The notes: generated by a model from the letters alone, not told the origin. Positions 19,082-27,990 are shown, counted from the stretch's first letter. The stretch: 37,643 bases of DNA from an uncultured virus (IMG/VR IMGVR_UViG_3300011815_000001) (IMGVR_UViG_3300011815_000001); one strand, 5' to 3'. Translations and numbers: made by a program.

Positions 19082-19241
19082 TTCCTCAAAACCAACCTAA
19101 GAGCGATGCTAAGGAGTTCATTATAGAAAGAGGGGGAGGGTAACTATAATGAATTTAATATCTAATCTAAGGGAGGAGAGATTATAACAGAATAGGCTCA
19201 AGGATTATTCTTTTATCATCTCTTAGATTGGTTTTCAGGAA
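19082..19241. ncRNA. Candidate multi-branched structured RNA
   Basis: A 22-bp closing stem (2 mismatches) encloses three hairpins whose loops are GGAGG/GGA on plus and CCUCC/UCC on minus. Confidence 0.5.
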
Positions 19242-19242
19242 A

Positions 19243-19276
19243 TAAAAAGGGCAATAGAAGATACATTTCTACGCCC
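19243..19276 (-). terminator. Probable terminator after PIN-PhoH
   Basis: GGGC-TAGAA...TTCTA-GCCC stem with bulges, then TTTTTATTT on the minus strand. Confidence 0.55.
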
Positions 19277-19301
19277 GCAATTATGTAATATTTAATTTAA
19301 G

Positions 19302-20549
19302 CTACATACTTTCAGCCATATCAGCTAACTTACTACGAAATACGTTTTGAAGCTCCACTTCACCATATAAGTCAGTACCTCTAAATACTTCACTCATACG
19401 CTTCATGCCGTTATCATTTTCATAAGCTATGTCATCGATTTGTAAGTGGAAATCTCCATCAACGATAATTTTGGTATTACTTCCTAACCTCTGAAGTCCT
19501 AATTTAAGTAAATTTCGGCTTAAATTTTGGGATTCGATGCACCAGACTATTACCTTATTGTCTCCAGTATCATAGCCACGAAGGTTAGCAAAAGTCTGTA
19601 ATTCTAGTTTACCTTCATCAATAAACTGTTGAATAACAAACTCATCTCCAAATTTAGGGAGTAATGTTCCGACATTTTGTAGGATTTTCTCTAATTTAGT
19701 TCCTTTATAGAACCCCATTGATGCACTATCCTTAGTTTCTGCTGGATTCACAAAGATAACAAGCTTATATCCTTCACGCTCTACTAGTTGCCAAGCAGTA
19801 TGTAATGCCAAGATTGATTTTCCCGAACCAGCTCTACCTCGAAGGGAGGTTACTTGATTAGATAAAATACTATCTATAGCCATTACTTGGAATTCATCTT
19901 TAGGAGATATGGGCTCAAATTGTCCACTTGTAATAGTTTGACCCAATTTGCCTTTTTCATCTTTAAGTGACACAGTTTTTTCACCTGTCCACTTAACAAT
20001 GTCAAGTAATTCTCCGTCTACTGAATCATTGATTACTGCATATTCATTAATAATTAATCCATAAGAATTCATTTCCTTATTAATTAAGTTTTCAATATGA
20101 GATTCTTCATCAATATCAACAATTTTAAAGCCTTTGTGCTCAATGTAATCATCTTTCTTATTAACATTGACTAGTTCGATGTTGTAAAGTTTAGCCTTGT
20201 CTCTAAGCAACTTGTCATTAGTGATAATTCCGTAGTTATTTTCCACACAGACTTGAATTAAAATATTGTCAACATAGCTCTTATCCCATTCGTCAGAAAG
20301 ATCAAAGCTGTAATCTTTTAAATTTACGTGAATATGTTCATTCTCATCTAATGCAGTTTTAGCTTGGCGAATTTCATATTGTAATTGTCTGTCTGATTTA
20401 CGTGTTAATTCTAAATGTTCAACTTCACGTAAAACATGAGATGAAATTACAACATTGTATTCTTGAAGAACTTGTGGATATCCAATTAAAGTGTTCGTAT
20501 CAACTAAATATAATTTTTCATCATTATTCATGATTAGCCCGACTCCCAT
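19302..20549 (-). CDS. phoH: PIN-domain PhoH-family ATPase (PhoH2-like)
   Basis: PIN residues LVDTN, E, VDN, TND. Walker A GRAGSGKS, LRG, ESQN, GDFHLQID and a terminal RS.LA motif. Confidence 0.88.
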   Translation of the reverse strand: MGVGLIMNNDEKLYLVDTNTLIGYPQVLQEYNVVISSHVLREVEHLELTRKSDRQLQYEIRQAKTALDENEHIHVNLKDYSFDLSDEWDKSYVDNILIQVCVENNYGIITNDKLLRDKAKLYNIELVNVNKKDDYIEHKGFKIVDIDEESHIENLINKEMNSYGLIINEYAVINDSVDGELLDIVKWTGEKTVSLKDEKGKLGQTITSGQFEPISPKDEFQVMAIDSILSNQVTSLRGRAGSGKSILALHTAWQLVEREGYKLVIFVNPAETKDSASMGFYKGTKLEKILQNVGTLLPKFGDEFVIQQFIDEGKLELQTFANLRGYDTGDNKVIVWCIESQNLSRNLLKLGLQRLGSNTKIIVDGDFHLQIDDIAYENDNGMKRMSEVFRGTDLYGEVELQNVFRSKLADMAESM

Positions 20550-20552
20550 TCA

Positions 20553-20584
20553 TAGAGAGGGTAGGGGAGTAATAACCCCTCTCT
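20553..20584 (-). terminator. Hairpin between HU and PhoH, overlapping the PhoH ribosome-binding region
   Basis: AGAGAGGG/CCCTCTCT inverted repeat with a weak U tract. Confidence 0.4.
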
Positions 20585-20639
20585 GTTATTTTATTTTTAT
20601 TTATAATTATGTAATGTTAATTTTGAAAAATATGTATTA

Positions 20640-20996
20640 TTAAGCTTGCTCTTTATAAGCATCCTTCATAGTCTTAGATTGAGTGAATCCTACTGATTTC
20701 GAAGCCGCAATATCAATTTGAGCTTGTGCTTTAGCATCTTCATCAGATACACCTTGAGCTTTTAGCTCTTTTAATTTAGCAGGGTTTAAACCTTTACGAG
20801 CTTTCTTATTTTTAACTTTTAATGTGCCAATATTTCCAAGTGGAACATCGTTACCATTCAGTAGAGCATCTTCAATTGCAAAGAATACATCCTCAATAAA
20901 TGGTTCTAGTTCTTTGTTTGAAATTTTCTCACCAGTGCGTTCCTCGTAGTTTGCTTTTACCAAGTCACGTAATTCTGCTTTTTTTAATTTTGTCAT
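20640..20996 (-). CDS. HU family DNA-binding protein (YonN-like) with an extended arm tip
   Basis: V.L..IGTLKVK.KKARKGLNP...IAASKSVGF..SK.MKDA signature. Confidence 0.9.
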   Translation of the reverse strand: MTKLKKAELRDLVKANYEERTGEKISNKELEPFIEDVFFAIEDALLNGNDVPLGNIGTLKVKNKKARKGLNPAKLKELKAQGVSDEDAKAQAQIDIAASKSVGFTQSKTMKDAYKEQA

Positions 20997-21215
20997 ATTT
21001 ATTTTCTCCTTTTCCTCAGTGTATCATTTAAGATACTTTATGTAATATTTGTTTTTTGGTGGGGAAATTTCAACTTTTCTTGCGTGTACTTTAGTTTTAT
21101 TCCTTTATTGTAAATTCTTCGAAATGTGCTTAAAAGCCTTATATATCAAGGTTTGTGGCACTTTAGAGAAGACCAAATATGACATCGGAGTTGATAAATC
21201 AACGTTTCTAAGGTG

Positions 21216-23855
21216 TTAGAAAGCTAAATTATTTCTCATATACTCACGTTGTCTCTCTAATCGCTTTTCATATGAGCATTTTTCACAGTATTTGATGTTA
21301 CCGTTAGTTACTTTAATTCTAATTCCGCAAGACTCACACTGCTTAGTCCCTTTTAAATTTTCACGTAAATTACTCACCAACTCTTCACCGAAACTGTTCC
21401 AAATAGTATCCTTATTAATTAGCTTAGTATTAATAAAGAACTCTTTCACTAATACATTCGCAACTTTTTGAGAGTCAGGCTCAATTTTTAGTAACTCGTC
21501 TCGCATTAATTTAAAGAAGAATATTCTCCCTTCCTTAGAAGAGGTTATATTATTGTCTCTGAATAGCTTGCGCTTGTTACGTTCAATTTCTTTATATCTA
21601 CTAATAACTTTATGATTCACGTAAGTAATATCACCAACAATCAGCATTTTTGGATCATATTCTCCTGCGATTTCCTCAAATTTAATGTTTTTATTTGGAA
21701 CAATCTTTCTCAGGCGATTTACCGTACTGTTATTAAGTGGCTCAACATTAGTTTTATCTTTCTTCTTTGCCTCTTTAAAGAAATGGGGGACTTTACCTTT
21801 GATAGCTTTTCGAATACGCTCATCCACTTCGGCAGGGCGTTTAGGCATATACAGTGTTTTAGCATAATCAATGATATAGTTGTTTTCTGCTGTAAGCCAT
21901 TTAACCACATCTATGTCGATTTCATTACTCGAATTAAATATTTTAGTAATATTGTTGCTCACTTCGCCAATGTTTGCTTTAAAAGCGGCAATCAATGAGT
22001 CATATATTTTAGTGCTATCGACATGCACTGGTTCAGCAACACCCATTTCATAATAAAGAGGAACGATACCTTTCATATTCCTTTTGGCTACTTCGATAAA
22101 GGTCTCATTCTGTATTGCTAGAATTTTATCACCGTCGTTGTCGAATTGGAGGATGCGTGAAATAGGATCATGAACACTAGAATACATCCCTTGAGTTATA
22201 AACCATTTTTTCAATTCTTCATTTTTAACAATGGTGCGAATTGCATGTTCTTTATACAGGTGAGGGGAACGCAGTATATCTACTTCGCCCTCTTTAAACA
22301 CACTAGTATAAACATCTTTTCCACTTAGAAGTCCTTGTGGGTTTTCAATTCCTAAAAATAGTTTTTCACAGAAAGCGTACAAATCTGGAACAATATAAAG
22401 GTATCTGCCGTTAACACGCAATTTACCAGCTCTTGCGTCATTAACTAAAGACTTTTTCTTATCTTTAATGATTTTTTTAGAATGTTCATCACTCAATAAT
22501 TCAGGATAAATAGATAAGGCTTGCTGATAGTGGTTCATTCTTTTATTTCCTCTATCTACGCCTAAAACACGCAACATCGTTTCCTTGTCGTTTCCGATTT
22601 TCTCAATATCCGCAACTGTATCTTTGGCTATAAATTTTAGCTCTTTGTTGCTGATGTCAGTAAGTGTTTGAAGCATCTGATAATTTAAATTAGCTTCTCC
22701 ACCTAAATCCTCTTCATTCAGTTTGGTAGCCTGGCATTTATGAAGTTTGAACTTTTCCTTATAATCATCCCAATTTTTATAGTATTTCGCCATTTTAAAC
22801 TGACTTTTAGTGAAAATTACCTCTATTTTGTCATCAATTATGTCCCATTCTTTGCCGTAAATATCAGTAATCTTTGTATTCTCATGTTCTATTGCGAACT
22901 TGTCAAAAGCGAAAGGTACTAAGAGTCCCTTAACGAACGGCAGTCGTGTCATGAATGTTTTCTTATACTTTGAAGCTAACACCATTCCACAACCATCTGT
23001 GTGCTCTATGTTCACTGTAAGTTCTTTGCGTGTAATTTCATATGTATCTCTATCAATGTAATCAAATTCCGAAGTAACAGGGGATGATAAATCAGGCACT
23101 ACAATAGCTCTATCAATGTCAAAGTTATTCCATTTAGTACTTGCGGAAGTGATTAAAGCCTTATAAGCTAATAATTTATTAACATTACATCCACCTTTGG
23201 AGTTGATTTCTTCAATTGAAAGTCCACAAGTTAAAGTATTTTCATATTCTAACCATAATGATTCTTTAATGAATACTGTTTTCTTTGTTCTGATTTGTCC
23301 TGCACTTGATGAGAAATAAACATACTTTTCTCCATTATGTATAAATCCATTATTAATAATGTCTTCTAAGATATTGAAGTAAAATGCTCTAACTACAAAT
23401 AAGTTTTCGGATATATCATCTATTTTCATTCCAATAGTGCGAGTTAGAGCTGAATCGAAAATACCGATAATCTTATTAACAGTTAGCGTCTCCTGACGTA
23501 ACTCACGAACCCCGTTAAAATTGCCAAACTGTTCTTTTAGCTTCTCTTTTAATTCTTGAATATTGTCATTGATAAATTTAACTCTTTTGCGATTTTGTTT
23601 TTTCCAGTCAATTAAATATTTTCGATAAATAATTAATTTTTCAAGACGTTCATTATCGCTTTTGTCTTCAATTAACTGTTCAATTTCTTTCTCTATGGAA
23701 TCAAATTTATCCTTAACCCTTGTTGTATTTGCTTTGCTTTTCTTTTTAAGTAAATGACATCTTAATAACTGCTTATGTATCTCGTATTCACAATCGGTAT
23801 AAAAACATTCAGTCCCCAAACTGTAAATGTATACCTGTTTGTCTAATCCTTTCAA
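21216..23855 (-). CDS. yonO: YonO-like single-subunit two-barrel RNA polymerase
   Basis: 879 aa with HTDGCG, RSPHL and catalytic QFDNDGD motifs and a C-terminal CxxC...CxxC. Upstream of HU and the late operon, as in SPbeta. Confidence 0.88.
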   Translation of the reverse strand: MKGLDKQVYIYSLGTECFYTDCEYEIHKQLLRCHLLKKKSKANTTRVKDKFDSIEKEIEQLIEDKSDNERLEKLIIYRKYLIDWKKQNRKRVKFINDNIQELKEKLKEQFGNFNGVRELRQETLTVNKIIGIFDSALTRTIGMKIDDISENLFVVRAFYFNILEDIINNGFIHNGEKYVYFSSSAGQIRTKKTVFIKESLWLEYENTLTCGLSIEEINSKGGCNVNKLLAYKALITSASTKWNNFDIDRAIVVPDLSSPVTSEFDYIDRDTYEITRKELTVNIEHTDGCGMVLASKYKKTFMTRLPFVKGLLVPFAFDKFAIEHENTKITDIYGKEWDIIDDKIEVIFTKSQFKMAKYYKNWDDYKEKFKLHKCQATKLNEEDLGGEANLNYQMLQTLTDISNKELKFIAKDTVADIEKIGNDKETMLRVLGVDRGNKRMNHYQQALSIYPELLSDEHSKKIIKDKKKSLVNDARAGKLRVNGRYLYIVPDLYAFCEKLFLGIENPQGLLSGKDVYTSVFKEGEVDILRSPHLYKEHAIRTIVKNEELKKWFITQGMYSSVHDPISRILQFDNDGDKILAIQNETFIEVAKRNMKGIVPLYYEMGVAEPVHVDSTKIYDSLIAAFKANIGEVSNNITKIFNSSNEIDIDVVKWLTAENNYIIDYAKTLYMPKRPAEVDERIRKAIKGKVPHFFKEAKKKDKTNVEPLNNSTVNRLRKIVPNKNIKFEEIAGEYDPKMLIVGDITYVNHKVISRYKEIERNKRKLFRDNNITSSKEGRIFFFKLMRDELLKIEPDSQKVANVLVKEFFINTKLINKDTIWNSFGEELVSNLRENLKGTKQCESCGIRIKVTNGNIKYCEKCSYEKRLERQREYMRNNLAF

Positions 23856-23917
23856 TTAATATCCTCCCATTATTCAATGTTAATTATTATGTATAAATTA
23901 ATTTCTTACCTTATGTA

Positions 23918-24190
23918 TTAATCCCCATTGACGATACTTAATCGACGATAATACTCACCATCACACCATAACTTCATTGTTTCTTTAACATATTCCAGAT
24001 CATCTTCGTTACAGCTTCCTTTATAAGATAACTCTTCATATGCTCTTAATTCAATCTCATCACAAATTCCTTCTATGTATAGCTCTTCTAAAAATTCTTC
24101 AACTTCCTGATATTCATTTACAACAGCTTCATCAAGCTCTCCAAAATACTGTAATTGCGTTTCCTCTAATAATTGTTTGTTACGTTTCAT
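23918..24190 (-). CDS. Acidic hypothetical protein upstream of yonO
   Basis: 90-aa ORF with AAGGGG SD. Confidence 0.6.
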   Translation of the reverse strand: MKRNKQLLEETQLQYFGELDEAVVNEYQEVEEFLEELYIEGICDEIELRAYEELSYKGSCNEDDLEYVKETMKLWCDGEYYRRLSIVNGD

Positions 24191-24310
24191 TCATTTTCCC
24201 CTTTTCGTTGTGGTTTAGTTTTATTTGTTTTGCCATCAAATTCACCCCTTATAATAGTATTTATGTAGCGAATCAAGTAATTTATATTGCATAAACTTGA
24301 TGACAATATC

Positions 24311-24339
24311 AATATATCATGGACAAATACGACTGTCAA
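24311..24339 (-). promoter_or_regulatory. sigmaA promoter for the yonO operon
   Basis: TTGACA (24339-24334), 17 bp, extended TGa-TATATT (24316-24311). Confidence 0.75.
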
Positions 24340-24369
24340 TAGTTTTAAAAATTAATATTGAATAAATTC

Positions 24370-24398
24370 TTGTTTATTTTAAAAGTGCATGTTATATT
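24370..24398 (+). promoter_or_regulatory. Divergent sigmaA promoter for the helicase
   Basis: TTGTTT, 17 bp, extended TGt-TATATT, with a GAGGAGGAG SD downstream. Confidence 0.55.
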
Positions 24399-24443
24399 AA
24401 GTGTGCAAGACAATTACCATATAAATGAGGAGGAGAACAGTTA

Positions 24444-26744
24444 TTGAAAAAATTAAATGTAAAAATTAAAAAGGTGCTCTACTATAAAAACGGATGGGGA
24501 ATATTCGGGTGTATTCCTATTACTCAGTCTGAAGGAGCTCCTGTAGTGTTAAATGATTTTAAAAACTTCACTATTAAAGGAAACACATTAGAATTATTCG
24601 AGGGGAATACATACGACATTGAAATAGAAGATGAAGCTGAAAAGTCCGACAGAGGAGACAGTTATAATATCATTAAAGTACATGTCCCTAAGATTACAAG
24701 TAGTAAAGCTCAATACGATTTCTTAAAGAATCTAATTGCTACGAGCCACTACAATGCAATAGTAGAAGTTTATCCTCCTAAGAGTGGACTTAAGATTCTG
24801 GATGCTATTAAAGGAAATGAAATTGATCTGACTAAAGCAAAAGGAATACAAACCAAGACTGCTGAGAAAATCAGAGGAATTGTTGTTGAGAAAGAAGAGT
24901 ATATCTACATCTACAATAAACTGATTCCTCTAGGTGTATCTGAAAACATGATTGATGTAATTGTTAATCATTACGATACAATGGAAAGAACCATCTATAA
25001 AATTGATGATTCATTGTATAACCTGTGTGAAGTTAAAGGGCTAGGATTTAAAAAGGTAGATGGGTATGCTTTAGCAGGCGGAGAAGATAAGGAAGGTTTC
25101 AAACGAATGGAAGCTTGCTTGAATTATTTAATCCATGAATATGCTACTGAAGGTCATTCTTGGACATCATACGAGGAAATTAAAGAAAAGGCTGTGGAAC
25201 TACTTGATATTGATGGTTACAACTTAGATGTATATTTATCTTCATTGGATACAGTCGGGTACACAAATCTAATGAATGTACATGATGGACAAATTACAAG
25301 TAAGTATTACTACAGAATTGAAAAGGAATTATATGAAGACTTAAAGCGATTAGATGACACCTATAAAGTTCAAGCTGACAGTAAAATACTTAATGAAGCC
25401 ATCTCAAAAGCCCAAACGGAATTAGGAATTACATATACAGAAGAACAATTAAGTGTCATTAAAGAATCATTTGAACATGGTGTATATATCATAAATGGTA
25501 AAGGCGGAGTTGGTAAGTCGCTCCTAATGAAAGGTGTAACTGAAGCTTGTGATGCCCTAGGATTAGATTATCAAGCGATTGCATTAAGTGGGCGAGCGGC
25601 ACAGTTACTTACCCTTAAAGGAATTAACGCATCAACAATTCATAGACTTTTAGGCTATAGTGGAGGAAGATTTGTACATAATAGCGAATTTAAATTATCA
25701 CAAGATGTAATTATTCTGGAAGAAGCATCAATGGTTAATGCTCAACTGTGGCATTCAATTGTAACTGCAATGAAAGATGGTTCAAAATTAATCATTGTAG
25801 GTGATAGTGGACAGTTAAGTGGGATTGGTAACGGAGACGTATTACGTGATTTACTTGTTAATCCTAAATTCAATGGCAGAGAGTTAATGCAAATACATAG
25901 ACAAGCGCAAGATAGTGGAATTATTGAAGTAGCAGGGAATATCCGTAATGGAGAAAATGTTACGGGTTATAATTGGGAGCTGTCTAATTCATACGGAGTA
26001 AATAGTGATTTATTTATCTTTACATACAACGACAAAAACGATTTATTAAATAATGCAGAAAATATAATTAAGAAACGTATGATGGAACTAGATGAGACTT
26101 CTGTTTTAGATTTTCAAATTATTGTATCAAACAAAGCTAGAGGAGACTTAAGTACAGTATCCATTAATAAATACTGCCAAAGAATCTATAACAATTTAGA
26201 TAAACCTTTTGTGAAGAATCATACACATGAATTCCGTATAGGAGATAAAGTCATTAACAGTGGGAATAAGTACAGTGTACATATGTATCAAAGTGTTATG
26301 CATTATAAAAATGATGAGCCAAATATGATATATGATGCAGAAGAAGGGGATTATGTTCCTGAAAAATATTCATTGTATAATGGTACTATTGGAATTGTAG
26401 TGGATATTAATACGGACAAAGGGAAAGAGTCTGTGCTGGTTAAGTACGAGGGGATGGACGGATACATTAGAATGGGCGCTAAAGAGTTACCTGATTTAGA
26501 TTTAGCGTATGCTTTAACAGTCCATAAATGCCAAGGGATGAGTATTCGTAATGTATTAGTGCTATTGGATTTTGGAGCATTTAAATTATTATCTAAACAG
26601 TTAGTCTATACAGGAATTACACGAGCGTCTGATAAATGTGTATTGCTTGCAGAAAACAATGCATTAATGAAAGCTTGCAATGTCGATAATTCATCTTTAA
26701 GACGTACCTTCGTTGGTCAGTTCATTCAGATGGAAAATAAATAA
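24444..26744 (+). CDS. recD2: RecD2-like SF1B helicase
   Basis: HhH motifs (KGI, KGLGFKKVD), Walker A GKGGVGKS, STIHRLL, LEEASM, VGD..QL, HRQ, YALTVHKCQG and YTGITRA. Confidence 0.92.
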   Translation: MKKLNVKIKKVLYYKNGWGIFGCIPITQSEGAPVVLNDFKNFTIKGNTLELFEGNTYDIEIEDEAEKSDRGDSYNIIKVHVPKITSSKAQYDFLKNLIATSHYNAIVEVYPPKSGLKILDAIKGNEIDLTKAKGIQTKTAEKIRGIVVEKEEYIYIYNKLIPLGVSENMIDVIVNHYDTMERTIYKIDDSLYNLCEVKGLGFKKVDGYALAGGEDKEGFKRMEACLNYLIHEYATEGHSWTSYEEIKEKAVELLDIDGYNLDVYLSSLDTVGYTNLMNVHDGQITSKYYYRIEKELYEDLKRLDDTYKVQADSKILNEAISKAQTELGITYTEEQLSVIKESFEHGVYIINGKGGVGKSLLMKGVTEACDALGLDYQAIALSGRAAQLLTLKGINASTIHRLLGYSGGRFVHNSEFKLSQDVIILEEASMVNAQLWHSIVTAMKDGSKLIIVGDSGQLSGIGNGDVLRDLLVNPKFNGRELMQIHRQAQDSGIIEVAGNIRNGENVTGYNWELSNSYGVNSDLFIFTYNDKNDLLNNAENIIKKRMMELDETSVLDFQIIVSNKARGDLSTVSINKYCQRIYNNLDKPFVKNHTHEFRIGDKVINSGNKYSVHMYQSVMHYKNDEPNMIYDAEEGDYVPEKYSLYNGTIGIVVDINTDKGKESVLVKYEGMDGYIRMGAKELPDLDLAYALTVHKCQGMSIRNVLVLLDFGAFKLLSKQLVYTGITRASDKCVLLAENNALMKACNVDNSSLRRTFVGQFIQMENK

Positions 26745-26761
26745 TACATATTACATAATTA

Positions 26762-26793
26762 TATAGGGTTATTTCAAATGGAGGTAGCCCTAT
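26762..26793 (+). terminator. Hairpin after the helicase
   Basis: TATAGGGTTA...TAGCCCTATA stem with no clear U tract. Confidence 0.4.
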
Positions 26794-26835
26794 ATATCAA
26801 CTAAAATAATTATTGGAAATTGTATCCCCACCCTT

Positions 26836-27822
26836 ATGAAAGGAGAGCTTATGTTTGATAATGAACGATACAATGAAATAGTAAGCCTAATGAAATATAA
26901 AGAAAAACAATCACTCATAGCAATGAGCAATAAATACTTTAAAATATTTGATCGACTAGTAGATGAAAATAAACTTAAAAAAGCGCATGTAGCCTATACA
27001 TTCAGTTATATGTACTTAATGACTTATCTGTTCCGATACACTAAATATGAAGATGTAGCACTAAGTAGTGATGAAATTAAACAACTGTTAATGTATTCAC
27101 CTACAAATAAGACGATTAACTATATCACAAAGAAAGATGGGCTTTTGGATTCTGAAAAAATAACGGCTACATTATTTGATTTTCCAGTAGTCCACACTGT
27201 TACTGAACAAGGAGAGTTAGAATTTACAATGCTGTCCAGTCTAAACAATAACGATAGATATGGAACCAAATGGAGAGAAGTATCTAAAGTAAATTATAAT
27301 CAAAGCTGTAAGTATCCTGTGTTAGCTTTCCATAAGGATATTCCTTTAGAAGATGATTATGTAACGCTGTCTGATTGTGGAGGTACATTTTACAGATCAG
27401 AAAATACAACGATCATTCCATTTGAGGTATTTATGTACTGTATGAGTCATAATGAATTAGGGACTGTAGGATTTTATTTATATTCTTACATTGCATATAG
27501 AGTAGGATTAAAAGGTAACTGTCAGCTTGGAATAGCTCAACTTGCTAATAATTGCAATATGAGTGTACGTGCATGTCAAAAATATTTAAACACTTTGCGA
27601 CAATACAATCTGATTCATACTGTTATGGCTGATAAGTTTATTATTGGAGACAGTGAAAAAGTAAACATAAAGAAGGAATGTAATACCCATTTTCATAATC
27701 AATTTGATGATTTTATAAAAGACGGAAGATTAGTCCAATTAGAGAAGCCTAACTTTGTAAATGTGAAACAATTAGAAAAATACAGCTTAAACGTTGATAC
27801 CATTGACTTCTGGGGAGGTTGA
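26836..27822 (+). CDS. Winged-HTH protein, possible replication initiator
   Basis: C-terminal HTH LGIAQLANNCNMSVRACQKYLNTLRQYNLI preceded by FYLYSYI. A similar unit lies near the N-terminus. Follows the helicase. Confidence 0.55.
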   Translation: MKGELMFDNERYNEIVSLMKYKEKQSLIAMSNKYFKIFDRLVDENKLKKAHVAYTFSYMYLMTYLFRYTKYEDVALSSDEIKQLLMYSPTNKTINYITKKDGLLDSEKITATLFDFPVVHTVTEQGELEFTMLSSLNNNDRYGTKWREVSKVNYNQSCKYPVLAFHKDIPLEDDYVTLSDCGGTFYRSENTTIIPFEVFMYCMSHNELGTVGFYLYSYIAYRVGLKGNCQLGIAQLANNCNMSVRACQKYLNTLRQYNLIHTVMADKFIIGDSEKVNIKKECNTHFHNQFDDFIKDGRLVQLEKPNFVNVKQLEKYSLNVDTIDFWGG

Positions 27823-27839
27823 TGGTATTTCTTTTTCTA

Positions 27840-27990
27840 GGAAGGTACGTTTTTTGCCATACATAAAGATAATCAATAAATAATAAACTACTACTCAAAT
27901 ATTAATCATCTAATCTAATAGTTGAGGATAAGTAGAAGGAGTGTGAGTATATATTGATTTATTAATAGTATGGCAAAAAATTAACCTTCC
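27840..27990. repeat. 23-bp inverted repeat with a ~105-bp spacer
   Basis: GGAAGGTacgTTTTTTGCCATAC (27840-27862) against GTATGGCAAAAAAttaACCTTCC (27968-27990), 3 mismatches. Confidence 0.75.

Noticed and set aside
19082..19241. tRNA
   Set aside because: Too long, stems of the wrong size, and no TTC-loop or D-loop consensus.
2474..21049. TTATGTAA copies as dif/Xer sites (they match the start of the Bacillus dif right arm, TTATGTAAACT)
   Set aside because: No conserved left arm at 6-bp spacing, and the copies follow transcription direction and gene boundaries.
1384..24294. Short plus-strand ORFs (e.g. 1384, 1523, 5241, 10607, 10806, 12262, 14878, 18292, 18595, 18859, 21612, 21685, 22740, 24040) and nested minus ORFs 548-739, 12050-12232, 21719-21910
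   Set aside because: They are shadows of well-supported genes, with no SD or recognisable motifs.
25711..25740. Inactive helicase because Walker B reads EEASM, not DEASM
   Set aside because: The change is conservative and all other motifs are intact, so inactivity cannot be claimed.
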